DNA from: Chloroflexota bacterium
Lineage (GTDB): Bacteria > Chloroflexota > Limnocylindria > P2-11E
Direction: 5' to 3'
Assembly (NCBI GenBank): GCA_046727665.1
Contig: JBKPCZ010000027.1
Coordinates: 1-32,518, forward strand
Length of the DNA stretch: 32,518 bases
The translations under genes and the position numbers were made by a program. Every line of letters starts with the position of its first letter. The stretch's first letter is position 1. The notes below the pieces were generated by a model. The model ran no database searches and had not been told where the DNA came from. It saw only the letters and a program-made list of their open reading frames with translations. Of the stretch, positions 31,185 through 32,518 are shown piece after piece.

Positions 31185-31529
31185 CTAGGTCTCGGTCGAG
31201 CCGACGACCTTCCCTTTACCGGCGAATAACGCGCGAGCGTCGCCCTCGAACCGTTCGAGGAATTCGTGAGCGTCGATGACCTCGTCCAGCGAGACGGGCG
31301 GCTTCCTCGTGCGCACGGCGCGCTCCTGCATTGGCGCGAGCGACGGACGTTCGCGATCGACATAGACCAAGAGCTTGATCGCGGTCTTGCATTGCCAGCA
31401 GGTGACGCGGACGATCCAGGCCGCTTCGAGCCTGCCGAGAAGGCGGATCTCCGAGCGCGCGTGGTTGCCGCCGCAGACCTTGCAGTCGTAATCCTTGGCC
31501 TGCTCGCGAAGGCGGCGGAGGATGTTCAT
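31185..31529 (-). CDS. Hypothetical Zn-ribbon protein (CxxC...CxxC)
   Basis: 114 aa. The putative 4-Cys ribbon is DCKVCGG ... TCWQCK. The C-terminal segment is VSLDEVIDAHEFLERFEGDARALF. Its ATG overlaps the upstream peptidase stop as ATGA (31526..31529). I recognise no family. Confidence 0.55.
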   Translation of the reverse strand: MNILRRLREQAKDYDCKVCGGNHARSEIRLLGRLEAAWIVRVTCWQCKTAIKLLVYVDRERPSLAPMQERAVRTRKPPVSLDEVIDAHEFLERFEGDARALFAGKGKVVGSTET

Positions 31530-32518
31530 CTTCGAGCGAGCATACCCGAGCGCGTCGGCGCGAGGCCGAGCCGCCAGGCCAGGAACGAATACTGGTCCGC
31601 GAGATCGTCTACCTGTTTGTCGAGCGGCTTGCCGACGCCGTGACCGGCGTCGCGGTCAACGCGAAGGAGCACCGTCGCGTCGGGATCCTCGGCCGACTGC
31701 GCCTGCAGCAGCGCGGCCATCTTGCGCGCGTGCATCGGATCCACCCGGCTATCGCCCTCGGCCGTCGTGAACAGGACCGCCGGGTAGCGGACGCCGTCGC
31801 GAACGTGGTGATACGGCGAGTACGCGCGAAGCCAGCGGTACTGCTCGGGATCCTCGGCGCTGCCGTATTCGGCGATCCAGAACCGTGCGATGAGGAAGTT
31901 CTGGTAACGAAGCATGTCGAGAAGCGGGACGGCGCAGTAGACGGCGCCGAACAGCTCGGGTCGCTGCGTGAGCGCGACGCCGGTGAGGAGGCCCCCATTG
32001 GAACCGCCGGCGACGCCGATGTGCTCGGGCGTCGTCCACCCGCGCGCGACGAGCGCCTCCGCCGCCGCGTGGAAGTCGTCGAACACGTGCTGCTTCCGCT
32101 CGAGCATCCCGTCGCGGTGCCAGCCCTCCCCATATTCACCGCCGCCGCGCAGGTTCGGGTACGCGAAGAGACCTCCGGCCTCGACCCACGCCGCGGCGCC
32201 GGCGATGTACTGCGGCGTGCGCGAGATGTTGAATCCGCCGTAGCCGTTCAACACCGTCGGCACGCCGCCGCTCGGCGTGACGTCGCGACGATGCACCAGG
32301 AACATCGAGACGTCGGTCCCGTCCTTCGATGCGTACGTGGTCTGGTCGACGGCGATCGCGTCGCCGTCGAGCCCGCGCGGCGTCGGAAGGCGGACGAGCT
32401 CCCGCACGCTGCCGTCGTGCGCGTCCGCGGCGAACGCGATCGGAGGCACGGTGAACGATTGATAGGTGAATCCGACGAGATCGCCGGCGTGATCGCCACT
32501 GACGAATTCGACGGTCCC
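31526..32518 (-). CDS. Prolyl oligopeptidase family (S9A) serine peptidase, C-terminal part (gene runs off the right edge)
   Basis: The frame stays open to the window edge (GTVEFVSGDHAGDLVGFTYQSFTVPPIAF...). The catalytic domain has the nucleophile elbow GGSNGGLL, Asp in EGDSRVDP and His in DAGHGVG. Also GYGGFNIS and NLRGGGEYG. Confidence 0.88.
   Translation of the reverse strand, partial: GTVEFVSGDHAGDLVGFTYQSFTVPPIAFAADAHDGSVRELVRLPTPRGLDGDAIAVDQTTYASKDGTDVSMFLVHRRDVTPSGGVPTVLNGYGGFNISRTPQYIAGAAAWVEAGGLFAYPNLRGGGEYGEGWHRDGMLERKQHVFDDFHAAAEALVARGWTTPEHIGVAGGSNGGLLTGVALTQRPELFGAVYCAVPLLDMLRYQNFLIARFWIAEYGSAEDPEQYRWLRAYSPYHHVRDGVRYPAVLFTTAEGDSRVDPMHARKMAALLQAQSAEDPDATVLLRVDRDAGHGVGKPLDKQVDDLADQYSFLAWRLGLAPTRSGMLARR

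Overview
The window is very GC-rich (roughly 70% by eye, not computed). It is almost entirely one co-directional minus-strand gene array. I support 38 protein-coding genes; 37 are on the minus strand. Most other ORFs in the six-frame track are antisense or off-frame shadows typical of high-GC DNA.

The core (10488..28842) is a division/cell-wall (dcw) cluster: mraZ-rsmH-ftsL-ftsI-murF-mraY-pgeF-murD-ftsW-murG-murC-murB-ddl-ftsQ-sbp-ftsA-[opposite-strand SAM methyltransferase]-ftsZ.

In transcription order on the minus strand:
- Before the cluster: prolyl oligopeptidase (partial), Zn-ribbon protein, fabH, HIT hydrolase, DinB-like protein.
- After ftsZ: a 4-TM membrane protein plus an unannotated 26-aa hydrophobic peptide. 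Then nrdR-HAD-dcd-yggT-yggU-ECF sigma-putative anti-sigma-pspC-liaF-like. Then a Rieske/DUF2231-mgtE-DUF2207 trio. Last is the start of an OppC/DppC-like permease.

Many junctions are 1- or 4-nt start/stop overlaps (ATGA, GTGA, TGATG), which suggests long translationally coupled chains.

FtsA and Sbp (DUF1290) occur together with an actinobacterial-type dcd. This suggests a deep-branching high-GC Terrabacteria lineage, but I cannot assign taxonomy from this window.

I found no rRNA, tRNA, CRISPR array, IS/transposase or recognisable defence system.

Most noteworthy observations:
1. A modular GC-rich structured intergenic repeat family has at least three copies (8942..8995, 16159..16298, 29013..29110). 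One copy looks like another copy plus an 81-nt insert, and the outer stems differ in sequence but stay complementary.
2. A textbook MraZ operator (GTGG[G/T]G at exact 10-bp phasing) sits next to a TTGACA/GAGAAT promoter.
3. An SD-driven 26-aa membrane peptide lies after the ftsZ-proximal membrane protein.
4. The cluster architecture is unusual: murE is absent, pgeF sits between mraY and murD, and an antisense methyltransferase separates ftsA from ftsZ.
5. There are start-codon anomalies: rsmH has no canonical in-frame start, ftsQ has a CTGA junction, and ftsW/murG overlap by 128-167 nt.
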